Positions 47,780 through 57,253 of a stretch of 64,000 nucleotides of DNA are shown one piece after another; within the stretch, counting starts at the first letter, position 1, and each line of letters starts with the position of its first letter. The notes under the pieces are model-generated. The model was given only the letters and a program-made list of their open reading frames with translations. It did not search any database and was not told the origin of the DNA. The stretch is from NCBI GenBank assembly GCA_965222375.1, contig CBDCTZ010000016.1:224001-288000 (forward strand), read 5' to 3'. Position numbers and translations under genes: made by a program. The DNA is from Polyangiaceae bacterium (lineage in GTDB: Bacteria > Myxococcota_A > Polyangia > Polyangiales > Polyangiaceae).

Positions 47780-48718
47780 ATGAGCGAGCTCATCGAGCAG
47801 ACGAGACGCCTGAAGTGGAGCTACGTTCGAGAGATCGAGCCGCACCGTCCAGCGCTATACCGCTACTGTCGCCGCTTGACGGGGAATCCCTTCGACGCCG
47901 AGGATCTCCACCAGGAGACGGTCCTTCGAGCCTTCAGCAAGTTGGCTGAGCGCTTCGAGCCGGTGCGACAGCCACGGGCTTATCTGTTTCGAGTGGCGAC
48001 GAATCTGTGGATCGACTGGTGTCGCCGCGCCCCCAACTACGTAGAAGCCTCGCCTGAAGAAGAACCGGCTGCTGCGCCTCCCCCCGCAGTGCGAGAAGTA
48101 GTCGATGGCGTAGAAACACTGCTGCACACCTTGCCTCCTCGACAAGCCTCGGCGCTGGTGTTGCGGGACGTGTTCGAATTCTCCGTCCATGAGACAGCCA
48201 GTCTGCTCAGCTGCACGGAAGCGGCCGTCAAGATGGCCACGAGTCGCGCGCGTAAGCGCCTGAAGGCGCTTGGTTCGACCTCCGTCGGTGAGCCTGGGGG
48301 CGGCAGGCGGCCCGTTCCCGATCTGATCGAGCGTTTTGCCGTGTGCTTCCAGCGGCGGGATGCGGAAGCGCTGCTCGAGTTGATCGACGAACACGCTCAT
48401 GCGCGAGTGTTGGGATGCGCGGAGGAGCATGGGCGCGATGAGATCCGTCGAGGCTCGCTGCGCCGCGCGCTGGAGAGCGCTGCGTTCACGCGGGTCTCCG
48501 TGGAGGCTTGGCACGACGTGCCGGTGCTGATGGTTTGGTACGACGATCGCGTGGGCGACATGTTGCGCCTCGGTGCGGAGGGCGACAGGATCGTGCGTCT
48601 CGACTACTACTACTTCAGTCCGGATTTGTTGAAGGAGGCCTGCACTGAGTTGGGGCATCCGTGCCGCGACAATGGCTACGCAGTGTTCAAGCGCGGTTGG
48701 TGGAATACCGAGTCCTAG
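47780..48718 (+). CDS. ECF sigma factor with a C-terminal SnoaL-like extension (ECF41/56-like)
   Basis: DAEDLHQET, AYLFRVATNLWID, LPPRQ..LVLRDVFEFS and C-terminal LIERF...F..RDAEALLELI. Confidence 0.9.
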   Translation: MSELIEQTRRLKWSYVREIEPHRPALYRYCRRLTGNPFDAEDLHQETVLRAFSKLAERFEPVRQPRAYLFRVATNLWIDWCRRAPNYVEASPEEEPAAAPPPAVREVVDGVETLLHTLPPRQASALVLRDVFEFSVHETASLLSCTEAAVKMATSRARKRLKALGSTSVGEPGGGRRPVPDLIERFAVCFQRRDAEALLELIDEHAHARVLGCAEEHGRDEIRRGSLRRALESAAFTRVSVEAWHDVPVLMVWYDDRVGDMLRLGAEGDRIVRLDYYYFSPDLLKEACTELGHPCRDNGYAVFKRGWWNTES

Positions 48719-48816
48719 CAGCTCCCTGGGGCGCATTGACGAGCTAGCGCACTCGTCGCCCGGGGCACCCTGCGCGGCCCCGATGAAGACCTCGGCCACT
48801 CGTGGTCCCGAGGCCG

Positions 48817-49812
48817 CTAGAGGCGTTTGACCCAGGCCGCCCAGGTCTTGTCGACCTCCTCCGGGGACTTGCCGACCACGGCTTGGAAGGACTTTTCGCC
48901 CGTGGGGTCCGTCGAGTAGTTGTCCCGCCAGCGCTGGTAGAAGGGCCAGAGTAGCTTCTTGGCGTCGAGCCATTGGCAGAAGTAGCGAGCGCTGGCGTAG
49001 TTCAGATCTTCGTGACGGCCGCGAAAGGTCGCGTCGCTCATGCCGAAGAGGGCCTGCGGTCGCGCCAGGTCGCGCTCCTTCTTCGAGTACAGAGCACCGA
49101 GCAGCCGCGGGTGTCGCCAATTCTTGCCGCCGACAATCTCGCCCTTCTTGATCAGGTAGAAGCGCTCGAACAGGGAGGCGATGCCTTCATTGATCCAATC
49201 CGGCGCCTGAGGGAAGTCCGCCTCGATGATCGGATGCACCAGCTCGTGGGTCAGCGTGCCCACGCCGGGACCGATGTTCATGACGATCAGCCGGTCATCG
49301 GAGAGATAAAACCCGTAGGGAGTGCCGCAGGGCCGCCCCCAGCGCTTCACGCAGTAGGCGTTGTACGGTGGCAAGTTGGGGAAGAGGTAGACGGCGATCA
49401 CGCGCTCCGGGCGCTTGTCGAAACGGCCGTTGTAGTAGGCGTGGAGTACCCGCTTGACCAGGCTCTTGGTGCCGGCGAAGGCGCCCCGGCTCATCTTGCC
49501 GGCGAGCAGGAAGCGCTCCTCGACCAGGGCAGTCTTGGCCCCCTCGCCCAGATCCCGGACGATTTCCTTTTCGCGGGCGGCGAGATCTTCTTCCGGTGAG
49601 ATTTTGGGGGTCGGCGGTGGAGTTGATTCCACTGCCGGTGTTTGCGCCGAGGCGTTTGCCGACGGAGCCGCGCTGCTGGGCGTAGCGCTCGCCGTGGTGC
49701 TCGGAGCGCGACTGGGTTGCGTCGGCGGCGTTGTACTTTCGCTGACCTGCGGCCGCGTCGAAGGTTGGCAAGCGCAGGCCGCGCACAGGAGCCAGGCAGC
49801 ACGTCTCTTCAT
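48817..49812 (-). CDS. Lipoprotein gluzincin-like metallopeptidase
   Basis: TLTHELVH plus WINEGIAS; signal peptide with Cys and a Pro/Thr/Ser linker. Confidence 0.8.
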   Translation of the reverse strand: MKRRAAWLLCAACACQPSTRPQVSESTTPPTQPSRAPSTTASATPSSAAPSANASAQTPAVESTPPPTPKISPEEDLAAREKEIVRDLGEGAKTALVEERFLLAGKMSRGAFAGTKSLVKRVLHAYYNGRFDKRPERVIAVYLFPNLPPYNAYCVKRWGRPCGTPYGFYLSDDRLIVMNIGPGVGTLTHELVHPIIEADFPQAPDWINEGIASLFERFYLIKKGEIVGGKNWRHPRLLGALYSKKERDLARPQALFGMSDATFRGRHEDLNYASARYFCQWLDAKKLLWPFYQRWRDNYSTDPTGEKSFQAVVGKSPEEVDKTWAAWVKRL

Positions 49813-49987
49813 GGGTCTGCTTTGCAAGTCGGTCGGGCTTGCCCAAGTGTGACACGTGGATTCAGCCGGTGACGGCGGTGCTCGCGAGAGCGCCAATTTC
49901 GGCTTTCCGCTGGGACCCGGCGGTGGGCTCGGGTGCGCCAGAGCGAGAGTTGGGCACCAAGCCGCCCCAGTGCTCGACCCCAAAGAA

Positions 49988-50054
49988 GCGCGATGACAGT
50001 TTGTCACGGTTGCCGGGGGGCCGCGGTGGTGTGCGCGACAGGCTGTCATCGCGC
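49988..50054. promoter_or_regulatory. Paired palindromic sites (putative enhancer or operator)
   Basis: TGACA-GTT-TGTCA (49994-50006) and CGACA-GGC-TGTCA (50036-50048), 42 bp apart; outer 12-bp arms GCGCGATGACAG/CTGTCATCGCGC. Confidence 0.6.
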
Positions 50055-50103
50055 GGGGTCACGATTCGGTCTTCGTACCACTGACTTTGCCGGAAAGGTG
50101 CCC

Positions 50104-50119
50104 TGGCATGCCACTCGCA
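50104..50119 (+). promoter_or_regulatory. Putative sigma54 promoter
   Basis: TGGCATGCCACTCGCA (GG-N10-GC), 20 nt before ATG 50140. Confidence 0.6.
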
Positions 50120-50139
50120 CTTAGAACGGGCGAGCGCTC

Positions 50140-51186
50140 ATGGATCTCGATCGCACGGGTCGGAAGGTTGCGCTGGCGGCGCTGCCCCTGCTGGCGTTGG
50201 CGGTTTATTTCGCCCCGCGTCCGAAGCCGCCCGATGAGACGGCTGCGAGTGCCAGCGGGGCGCCGCCCGCGGGCATCGGCATTCCCGCGAGCGAAGCCTC
50301 CCCCTTGGGCAAGGCATTGCATGAGCGGGGCGAGTCCGCGCTAGCCAAGAAGAGTCCACCTCCTCCCGCGCAGGCCAAGAGCGGCGCATTGCCTGTTGCT
50401 CCAGCACCTCCGCCACCCAAGTCGCGGCGCATCGACGTGCGCAATGCACCTCGGGTCGCGCGGGACTTGCCGCTCGCTCAAGCGGCTGATGCGCCCCGCC
50501 CCGCTGGACCGCGCCGAGCCAAACCCTCCGTGCCCATGGGTCCCTGCGGTGGTGTGACGGTACGCGGCATCACGGATAGCCCCGATCCCGAATGGGCCTT
50601 TGCCATGCTTGCGCCGATGCCTACCGACTCCGCGCGCCTCACTCGCGTGGGCGATCCCATTGGACACTACCGCGTGCAGAGCATCGAGTGGGATCGCGTT
50701 TGGCTAGCTGGAGGCGCCGGTCGATGTGCCGTGCGCCTAGCCGAGGGCGTGCGGGAAGCGCAAGAAGCCGTGGGAGGCTCGCCGCTCCTGGTCGACCCCG
50801 GCAACGCGCGTTCGAAGCCGCCCTGGCGCTTGAGCCGCGAGTTGAAGAACGCCATCGACGTGGTTGGCACCACGGTGCGGGTGGAGTCGGGAGTGGTGCA
50901 AGCTCTCTTCGATCAAGGTCCGAGCTGGATCTCGGGCATGAAGGTGCAGCCCCAGCGCGAAAACGAACGCGCCGTCGGCGTCGTCTTCGAGGGAGTGCAA
51001 GAGGGGTCGCTGCTGCACCACGTCGGGATACGCTCAGGCGACCTGCTCCGCACCCTGGACGAGACCCCAGCTGAGAGCTTGGATCGAATCGGCGAAGCAC
51101 TCGTCAACGCTCGCAAGGCCAAGCGTGTCCTCGTCGAGCTAGAGCGAGACGGCGAGCGGATGAAGATCTTGGTCGAGTTGGTTTGA
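50140..51186 (+). CDS. gspC: Type II secretion GspC-like protein with a C-terminal PDZ domain
   Basis: N-terminal TM, Pro-rich linker, HR-like domain (RVGDPIG.YRVQSIEWDRVWL) and PDZ (GSLL..VGIRSGDLLRTLD). Confidence 0.7.
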   Translation: MDLDRTGRKVALAALPLLALAVYFAPRPKPPDETAASASGAPPAGIGIPASEASPLGKALHERGESALAKKSPPPPAQAKSGALPVAPAPPPPKSRRIDVRNAPRVARDLPLAQAADAPRPAGPRRAKPSVPMGPCGGVTVRGITDSPDPEWAFAMLAPMPTDSARLTRVGDPIGHYRVQSIEWDRVWLAGGAGRCAVRLAEGVREAQEAVGGSPLLVDPGNARSKPPWRLSRELKNAIDVVGTTVRVESGVVQALFDQGPSWISGMKVQPQRENERAVGVVFEGVQEGSLLHHVGIRSGDLLRTLDETPAESLDRIGEALVNARKAKRVLVELERDGERMKILVELV

Positions 51187-51280
51187 CCCGGGGCGCGTGC
51201 AACTTCCGATTCCGCACATAGAGGTGATCGTACGACGGGACCGCCATTGGAGCGGCTAGTCAGCGGCTCCGTCTCGCAAG

Positions 51281-52018
51281 TCACAGCGGCTGCCAGCTGG
51301 CATCACCGATCACGATGTAGCGTTTCATGGTCGCGCCGTCCCATTCGACACGCACGTGCGCTCCCTGGATCACATGGGGTTTGCCCGAGTCTGCTGCCAG
51401 TATCGAAGGACGGAAGATTGCGATGTTTGCGGTTTTGGGGAGGCGTACACTGTCGAAAGCAATGCCGTTGCTACCTGCTTGGCGCAGCCGCGCGCCTAGC
51501 GTCTGAGAATCGGCGTAAGAATCCGGGTCGTGAGCGCGGGGCCAACCCCCTCGGATGTCATGCAGCTTGGCGTTGATCCGACCGACATAGGTTCGCAAGT
51601 CGAACTGCGTCTTCGGCTCCGAGGTTCGCTGTAGGAATAGGCTTTTGTGGTGAAGTACCTCGTGAAGAGCGCCTTCGAAACGGTTGTTGGCGTAGTAGAC
51701 GCCGTAGCTTCCGTCAGTGAACCTGGATGCAAACCCCACGTGAGTGAATGCGGCCATGATGGGCGAGGCGCCAGGACCGACAATTCGCTCTGCCAGGGGC
51801 ACGGCTGAGATGTCCCCAATCTCATCCCTCAGCCTGTCGTTTGTCAGACCCTCGATCCCGGCTAGCAATTCCCAGTCGCTCGGATCGGCGATCCGCTCGA
51901 ACAGATCGATGGGTGGATAACGACTTGGAATCAGTCGATACGTGGCCTTCCAGCGAACCCGTCGAACCGGTGGCTCGAGTGGGGCGCCTGTGTCGCTACG
52001 AGCCGCCGCCGCGCACAT
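51281..52018 (-). CDS. RES-domain toxin (NAD+ phosphorylase family)
   Basis: YRLIPSRYPPIDLFE, SRFTDGSYGVYY, E and GIAFDSVR motifs; overlaps the antitoxin stop. Confidence 0.92.
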   Translation of the reverse strand: MCAAAARSDTGAPLEPPVRRVRWKATYRLIPSRYPPIDLFERIADPSDWELLAGIEGLTNDRLRDEIGDISAVPLAERIVGPGASPIMAAFTHVGFASRFTDGSYGVYYANNRFEGALHEVLHHKSLFLQRTSEPKTQFDLRTYVGRINAKLHDIRGGWPRAHDPDSYADSQTLGARLRQAGSNGIAFDSVRLPKTANIAIFRPSILAADSGKPHVIQGAHVRVEWDGATMKRYIVIGDASWQPL

Positions 52019-52400
52019 GGTCCAGATACGCTCGGACGTGGTGAAGGTCGCTGACGTTGCCCGCCAGCATGCGCTCTAGGGCAGATTGGCCGCCGAAAGC
52101 CTGGTTCGGCTTTGACACCCAGGCGTCAGCGCCTCGGTCGTCCGCAAACAAGATCTGGAGCGCTTTGTAGATGCCCAGCACGTAGCTGATGCGCTCGAAT
52201 TCGTCTCGGGACAGCTTCCCACCCTCGCCCTTCTTCCAGCTGAAGAACGTGCCGCGGCTTGGAGCCCCGAGCAGCACCTGCGCTTCGTCGTTTGTGACGC
52301 CCCATAGGTCCATCACCCGGAAGAAAGCTCTTTTCGCCGCAGCTGAAGCGCGGGGATCGCCCAGATCAACGCTGCCCCGGGAAGTCGTGTGAGCTAGCAT
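51996..52400 (-). CDS. Xre/MbcA/ParS-family antitoxin
   Basis: AFFRVMDLWGV, ERISYVLGIYKALQILF, WVSKPN..FGGQSALERML and VRAYLD. Confidence 0.92.
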   Translation of the reverse strand: MLAHTTSRGSVDLGDPRASAAAKRAFFRVMDLWGVTNDEAQVLLGAPSRGTFFSWKKGEGGKLSRDEFERISYVLGIYKALQILFADDRGADAWVSKPNQAFGGQSALERMLAGNVSDLHHVRAYLDHVRGGGS

Positions 52401-52401
52401 G

Positions 52402-52436
52402 AGTACAAATATGTACTAATTGCGAAAAAATGTCAA
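52402..52436 (-). promoter_or_regulatory. Sigma70 promoter with an overlapping operator for the TA operon
   Basis: TTGACA-N17-CATATT-N7-ATG; inverted repeat AGTACA-N4-TGTACT (52402-52417) overlaps the -10. Confidence 0.8.
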
Positions 52437-52671
52437 GATTTGAACAATAGGTCCAGAGCGAAGCGGGTGTCGCTCCCCTCCACTTCCACGGGCTGACGCC
52501 GATCGTCTCGACCCAGCCTTCGATGTCGTCGCTGAAGATCGAGCCCTCTTGTGCGCGACCGCTAGCACCGTGATACAGCGACAGCATGCCGCAGGTTCGG
52601 GACTGCACAGCCAGCGCCACAGACATGCTGCAGCGGGTCGCTGGTGGTCTGGGCGTGGGCTGCGCGCCGCC

Positions 52672-53601
52672 ATGACCCTTGGAGCAGTACGACGGAGCGG
52701 TGGGGCGAGGAAACGCGCCGCGAGGAGAGTCGTCGTGGCGGCGTGCCTGACCTTCGCGTTCGGGGCCTGCTCGCGGAGTGGTGCCGATCGCCTGTCTAAG
52801 GTCGAGCCCGCGCCGCAAACGTTCGTGAAGCGACCGGTGGCGCTCGCGTCCGCGCGTCCGGCGCCCGCTGGGTCGGTGCGCTCCAGTGACGCGGGGGCAT
52901 CGCCGGCTGCTGTTGCAGCGTCGTCGACACCCGCGGCGCCAGCGCTGCTGACGATGGAGAAGCTGGCCATCGCCAATGTAAAAGACCCCGCGTACTTCTA
53001 CCGCCCGACGCGGAGCGACACGCAGCCGCAACCGCTGGTGGTGTACCTTCATGGCGCGTGCGCCTATCCCGATTGGGAGTGCCCATTTTTCACCGGCGTA
53101 TCGCCCGCTGCATGGCTTCTTTGCCCGCCGGCCGGTGCGCCGTGTCAGGGCGGTGGCGTGATGTGGGCGGGGTCCACGAAAAGCTTAGCCGGCGCTGTCG
53201 AGCGGGGCGTCGTCGCGCTCGATCCGAAGGCGCGCGGCGTCGACCTCGAGCGTCGCGCCATCATCGGTTTCTCGTTGGGCGGGCCCTCGGCGCTCCGCAT
53301 CGCGCTTCACGAGCCGGGCCGCTGGCAGAGGCTAATGGTGGTCAACGCCAACGTGATTCCGAGCCCCGCGCAGCTGAGAAAGGCGGGCATCGAGCGAGTG
53401 GCGCTTGTCGCCGGCCAGCACGACCCCGTGGCTCCCAAGCTCCGCCACGGCGCAAGCTGGCTTGCGCGCAAGGGTGTTGACGTTCGCTACTTTGTCATCG
53501 CCGAAATGGGGCACTACTACGACTCGCGCGCTACCGAGCGGTTCCAGGAGCCGCTGGCTTGGCTCACGGCGGAGTGGCACCCGACCGCCCCGCCTCCCTG
53601 A
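52672..53601 (+). CDS. Lipoprotein alpha/beta-hydrolase (start uncertain)
   Basis: Lipobox FGAC, VVYLHG, GFSLG, GQHD and MGH. Confidence 0.78.
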   Translation: MTLGAVRRSGGARKRAARRVVVAACLTFAFGACSRSGADRLSKVEPAPQTFVKRPVALASARPAPAGSVRSSDAGASPAAVAASSTPAAPALLTMEKLAIANVKDPAYFYRPTRSDTQPQPLVVYLHGACAYPDWECPFFTGVSPAAWLLCPPAGAPCQGGGVMWAGSTKSLAGAVERGVVALDPKARGVDLERRAIIGFSLGGPSALRIALHEPGRWQRLMVVNANVIPSPAQLRKAGIERVALVAGQHDPVAPKLRHGASWLARKGVDVRYFVIAEMGHYYDSRATERFQEPLAWLTAEWHPTAPPP

Positions 53602-53615
53602 CTCGGGCTAGCGGC

Positions 53616-54584
53616 CTAGAGATGAGCCTCAAAGGTCGCGAGCATCCTGGCCCAGGCCTTCTCAGCCTGTTCTTTGTCGTACACGGGTGAGTCGATGGTG
53701 CACCAGCCATGCTGCGCTGGGTAGACCTCGATTTCGGCTGGGATCTTTGCTTTCTCGGCTGCCTGCTTCAGCGTGGTCTTGGCCTCGGGTTGCCGCGCGT
53801 CGTCGTTCTGCGCAATGCAGATCAACAACGCCGCGGCCTTCATTTTGCCAAAGAGGTTGTGCGGACTGCTCTTGTCCTTGGTGACGAGACCGCCGCCATG
53901 AAAGGAGGCAATCGCGCCAACCCGCTCCGGTGCTGCCGCGGCTGTGCGGAAGGTGAATGGCCCGCCCATGCAGTAGCCGATCGCGGCGAGCTTCTTTGCC
54001 TTGTCGACCTCCTTGTGCCCATCGAGCCAAGCCACGAATGCGGCGCCGTCCTTTGCGGTTCCGTCGGGCTTGATCGCAGCGATCATCGGCGCGATTTTCG
54101 CTTTCCCTTCTTTGGTCCGCCACTCGGAGAAAGCGGTGAGCACGGGTAGCTTGCTAGAGCGGTAGTACTGGTTCACCGCCAACACCGCGTATCCCTGCTC
54201 AGCAAGCCGCGTGGCCATTTTCTTGTAGGCGTCTCGGAGGCCCGCGACGTCTGGCCACAAGATCACCCCCGGGTGCTGTCCGGTCTTCGGCGCCACGAAG
54301 AACGCCTCGGCTTTGCCATCCGGCGTGTCGATCGTGGCCATTCGGCTGGTGGTGGCGGGTGGCGCTGGTTTCGGCGATTCGGGTGTTGGTGCGGGCGTGG
54401 GTTCAGGTGTCGGCGGTGTTGGCCCAGGGGGGGTCGCGGGGGCGGGGGAGGGCGCGTGCGCTGGCCCACAGCCTGTCAGATACGCCGCGACAACCGCTCC
54501 TGTGCCCACGCCAACCTCGCGACGGTTGAGGCGCTTCTTCTCCAGATAAACTTCGTTCTCTGCTTCGGTATCGTCGTCACACAT
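53616..54584 (-). CDS. Dienelactone hydrolase family protein with a Tat-like leader
   Basis: LNRRE twin-arginine-like motif, WPDVAGLR, GYCMGG, SFHGG and YPAQHGW. Confidence 0.9.
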   Translation of the reverse strand: MCDDDTEAENEVYLEKKRLNRREVGVGTGAVVAAYLTGCGPAHAPSPAPATPPGPTPPTPEPTPAPTPESPKPAPPATTSRMATIDTPDGKAEAFFVAPKTGQHPGVILWPDVAGLRDAYKKMATRLAEQGYAVLAVNQYYRSSKLPVLTAFSEWRTKEGKAKIAPMIAAIKPDGTAKDGAAFVAWLDGHKEVDKAKKLAAIGYCMGGPFTFRTAAAAPERVGAIASFHGGGLVTKDKSSPHNLFGKMKAAALLICIAQNDDARQPEAKTTLKQAAEKAKIPAEIEVYPAQHGWCTIDSPVYDKEQAEKAWARMLATFEAHL

Positions 54585-54807
54585 CTCGGGAATCTCCCGC
54601 GCGGAGTGTAGTGGTATTGGGCGCGGCGCGGTAGCGCTTGGCTGGGCTGTGCCGGCTCGGGTTCCGCGCGTTGTTGCTCGGCCTCGCTTCGTGGCCAGCC
54701 ACACGGCGTTTGGCAACCGGACCGCCGGCGCGAGCGCATGGAATGTGAGGCGATTCGCCAGGCTTGGCTAGGCGAAGGGTAGGACTGGAACTCGACTTTC
54801 GACCTGC

Positions 54808-55305
54808 TCAGTTCAAGGTGACGTCTTCCGTGAGGACATCGCACTCAGGATCGCAGTCGGGTCCGTTCGGGTGGTACACGCGCACAGAGCTGACCCGCGT
54901 CACCTTTTGTGGCACGCCGTCCCGGCTGACCCCGAATCCGACACTGCCGGACGTAGTCACAACGATTGCACTCACGCCCTGGGCGTTGGTTTCCAAGTGA
55001 GCCCGCGCTTCGTTGGAGCACCCGCTCGGCGCCGGCGGAGGCTGAACGCTGCAACTGACGGTGACGGAGGTCTGCCAATCAGAGACCGCCACCTGGTACT
55101 CACCCTTTGGCAGGTTGCCATCGGCCGCGTGGATCGTAAACGTCTGCTGCGTGCCACACCCTACGTCCGTGCACGTCTGGCAGCCGAGCAGATGAGAGCT
55201 GACCACAACGAAAGCACCGATGCGGCCGATGTTGCGAGCATCCCAGGATGGCGTTGCCTCGCAATCGAGACGGTCAGCAGCGAGCTCCAGGAACGACATG
55301 CCCAA
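54808..55305 (-). CDS. Hypothetical Cys-containing lipoprotein (start uncertain)
   Basis: LLGC..CTDVGC and C-terminal PNGPDCDPEC. Confidence 0.6.
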   Translation of the reverse strand: MGMSFLELAADRLDCEATPSWDARNIGRIGAFVVVSSHLLGCQTCTDVGCGTQQTFTIHAADGNLPKGEYQVAVSDWQTSVTVSCSVQPPPAPSGCSNEARAHLETNAQGVSAIVVTTSGSVGFGVSRDGVPQKVTRVSSVRVYHPNGPDCDPECDVLTEDVTLN

Positions 55306-55439
55306 ACCGTATCACGCAGTCAGGCGCGGGGTAGCGCTGAAGGCTCGGCGCAAGGGCCCCGCGCGAGACCGAAGGGGAGCTCCTGGAAGTGGACCGGGTG
55401 GAACCGCGTCCGCCGGACGGAAACCCTTCTGTCGTGACG

Positions 55440-57026
55440 CTAGTCCTCCTCGACCTCGTAGTCCGTGTCCTCGGGAAGGTCGTCTATGGCGCGGACGTGG
55501 AGGTGTTCGGTTAGTGGGCGTACCGTCCAAACCGCGAGGGAGTTGTCACTCATGGCGAGAGCGACGTGGTTGCTGTCGGCAAACCACGCAATCTCCTCGA
55601 TCCAGGCGCGACCGCGAGCGCGGGGCGTCGGGTGCAGACGGCCGGTGTGAGCCTCGATGAAGCTCAGGTTGCCGACGTGGTCTTGCACCGCAATGGTCGC
55701 ACCATCCGGCGAATAGGCCGGTTTGGGAGACCAACTGACGTCGTTGTCGTAGCCGCCGACTTTCCAGTGCACTTCCTTCGCGCATTGAAACTGAAAGCGA
55801 TTCGCCGGCCTGCCCGTTCGCCCATCGAAAAACGCCACGCCGCTGTAGTTGGCTCCGACCAAGGTCGCACCGTCCGGTGATGCCGACAGCATGCCGCCGT
55901 CGGGCAGCCCCTTCGCTTCCCGCCACGCCATGGACCCAGACGAATCGAAACAAATCAGCTGCGAGCCCAAACTGACGAATAGGCGTCCCCCGTCTGCACT
56001 GGCAGCCAAGCCGCCGAGGGGAGTGTAGTCGGGGTCTTCGCCAAGCAGCTGCAGGTGCAACTGCATGGTCGAAGCATTGATGATCTGTACCTCGCCGCGT
56101 TGACCGCCCAGGGCGAAGTACTGATCGCTCCCGAGCCAGGCGATCTCGTGGCAGTAGTCCTGCAGTTTGTGGGTTTTACCCAAGACGCGTCCCGTGCGCG
56201 CATCGTAGAGGCGAGCCCGGTGCCCGGAGCCGACCGCGAGCAGGCCTCCTCCCGGAGAAAAGCGCGCGACCATGCCGGTGCCTGGCAAGGGCCCGGCCCA
56301 GACACGCCCACCATCCGAGCTGCGCCGCACTTCGACGATGTCGTAGCTCGCGACTGCGACGACCTCCCCAGATGGATGCACCGATACGGTGCCTGCCGAG
56401 CGGCCATCGTCTTCGTAGGGTGGTGCGACGAAGCGCTCGGTCTTGCCGTCGATGATTGGAGCGGCTGGGGCAGCGGCCGAAGCCGCGCCGTTGCGGGCAG
56501 CCGCTGGGCGCGCGGATACGGCCAAGGTCTGGATTGCCTGCTGCCAGGCCTGCAAATCCGGTGACTTCTTGGAGTAGAGGGTCTCGAGCTTTGCTCGGCC
56601 GAGCGTGATCGCGGTGCCTTCTACGGATACGTCGTCGGGATTGATGTGCGCCCAGTCGAGGAACTGAGCCTGCTCCAACTGGTTCTTCCAACACACGCGC
56701 CCGCGCGTGAGGATGAATCCATCCGTGGCGCTGCCGAAGACGGTGCCATCGTAGAGGCCAAGTACCAGCTCGTCGGCGGGAAGATGCGCGCCATGCAAGG
56801 TCCGCACGTTGTTGTTCTTCTTGGGCGGAATGGATGGGTGCAGCCAGGTTGACTCGGCGCCCATCAGCGTCTGGCGCAAGAACGCGGTCACGTGTTCGTC
56901 CGTGAGCCAAATCTGCCCCGCAGCTGCTTCCATGTACTGCTGCTCGCCGCAGTAGTTGCAGACGAAAGGAGGGGCCGCGGGCTTCTGCAAGCGAGCGCCG
57001 CACTGACTGCATTGCACGACTTCCAA
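55440..57026 (-). CDS. Zn-ribbon plus WD40-like repeat protein
   Basis: N-terminal CSQCG...CNYCG; repeated FSPGG/SPDG blades. Confidence 0.78.
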   Translation of the reverse strand: MEVVQCSQCGARLQKPAAPPFVCNYCGEQQYMEAAAGQIWLTDEHVTAFLRQTLMGAESTWLHPSIPPKKNNNVRTLHGAHLPADELVLGLYDGTVFGSATDGFILTRGRVCWKNQLEQAQFLDWAHINPDDVSVEGTAITLGRAKLETLYSKKSPDLQAWQQAIQTLAVSARPAAARNGAASAAAPAAPIIDGKTERFVAPPYEDDGRSAGTVSVHPSGEVVAVASYDIVEVRRSSDGGRVWAGPLPGTGMVARFSPGGGLLAVGSGHRARLYDARTGRVLGKTHKLQDYCHEIAWLGSDQYFALGGQRGEVQIINASTMQLHLQLLGEDPDYTPLGGLAASADGGRLFVSLGSQLICFDSSGSMAWREAKGLPDGGMLSASPDGATLVGANYSGVAFFDGRTGRPANRFQFQCAKEVHWKVGGYDNDVSWSPKPAYSPDGATIAVQDHVGNLSFIEAHTGRLHPTPRARGRAWIEEIAWFADSNHVALAMSDNSLAVWTVRPLTEHLHVRAIDDLPEDTDYEVEED

Positions 57027-57185
57027 GGCGCCGAATCATACACGGCCGTTCGTCGCGGTCCCAGTGGGAGCGGGCTTCGGTTCACCGGTCTTCAGCGCTC
57101 AGGTCGCGTGAAGGCTCGCGTTGGAAGGTGTCGTCTCGTAGCGCGCTCGCGGAGCGCCACGCGACCCCGACGAGCGGGGCCTCGC

Positions 57186-57227
57186 GCTGGAGTAGTGGCC
57201 TGGTGTGGCGTAGTGGCGCGACCCCAA
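57186..57227 (-). repeat. Dispersed bipartite repeat, copy H, with a degenerate tandem copy at 57138-57168
   Basis: Minus strand TTGGGGTCG-N23-CTACTCCAGC, 26 nt after the stop at 57254. Confidence 0.78.
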
Positions 57228-57253
57228 ACCAAAAGAGATCAGCGGTGGAAAGC

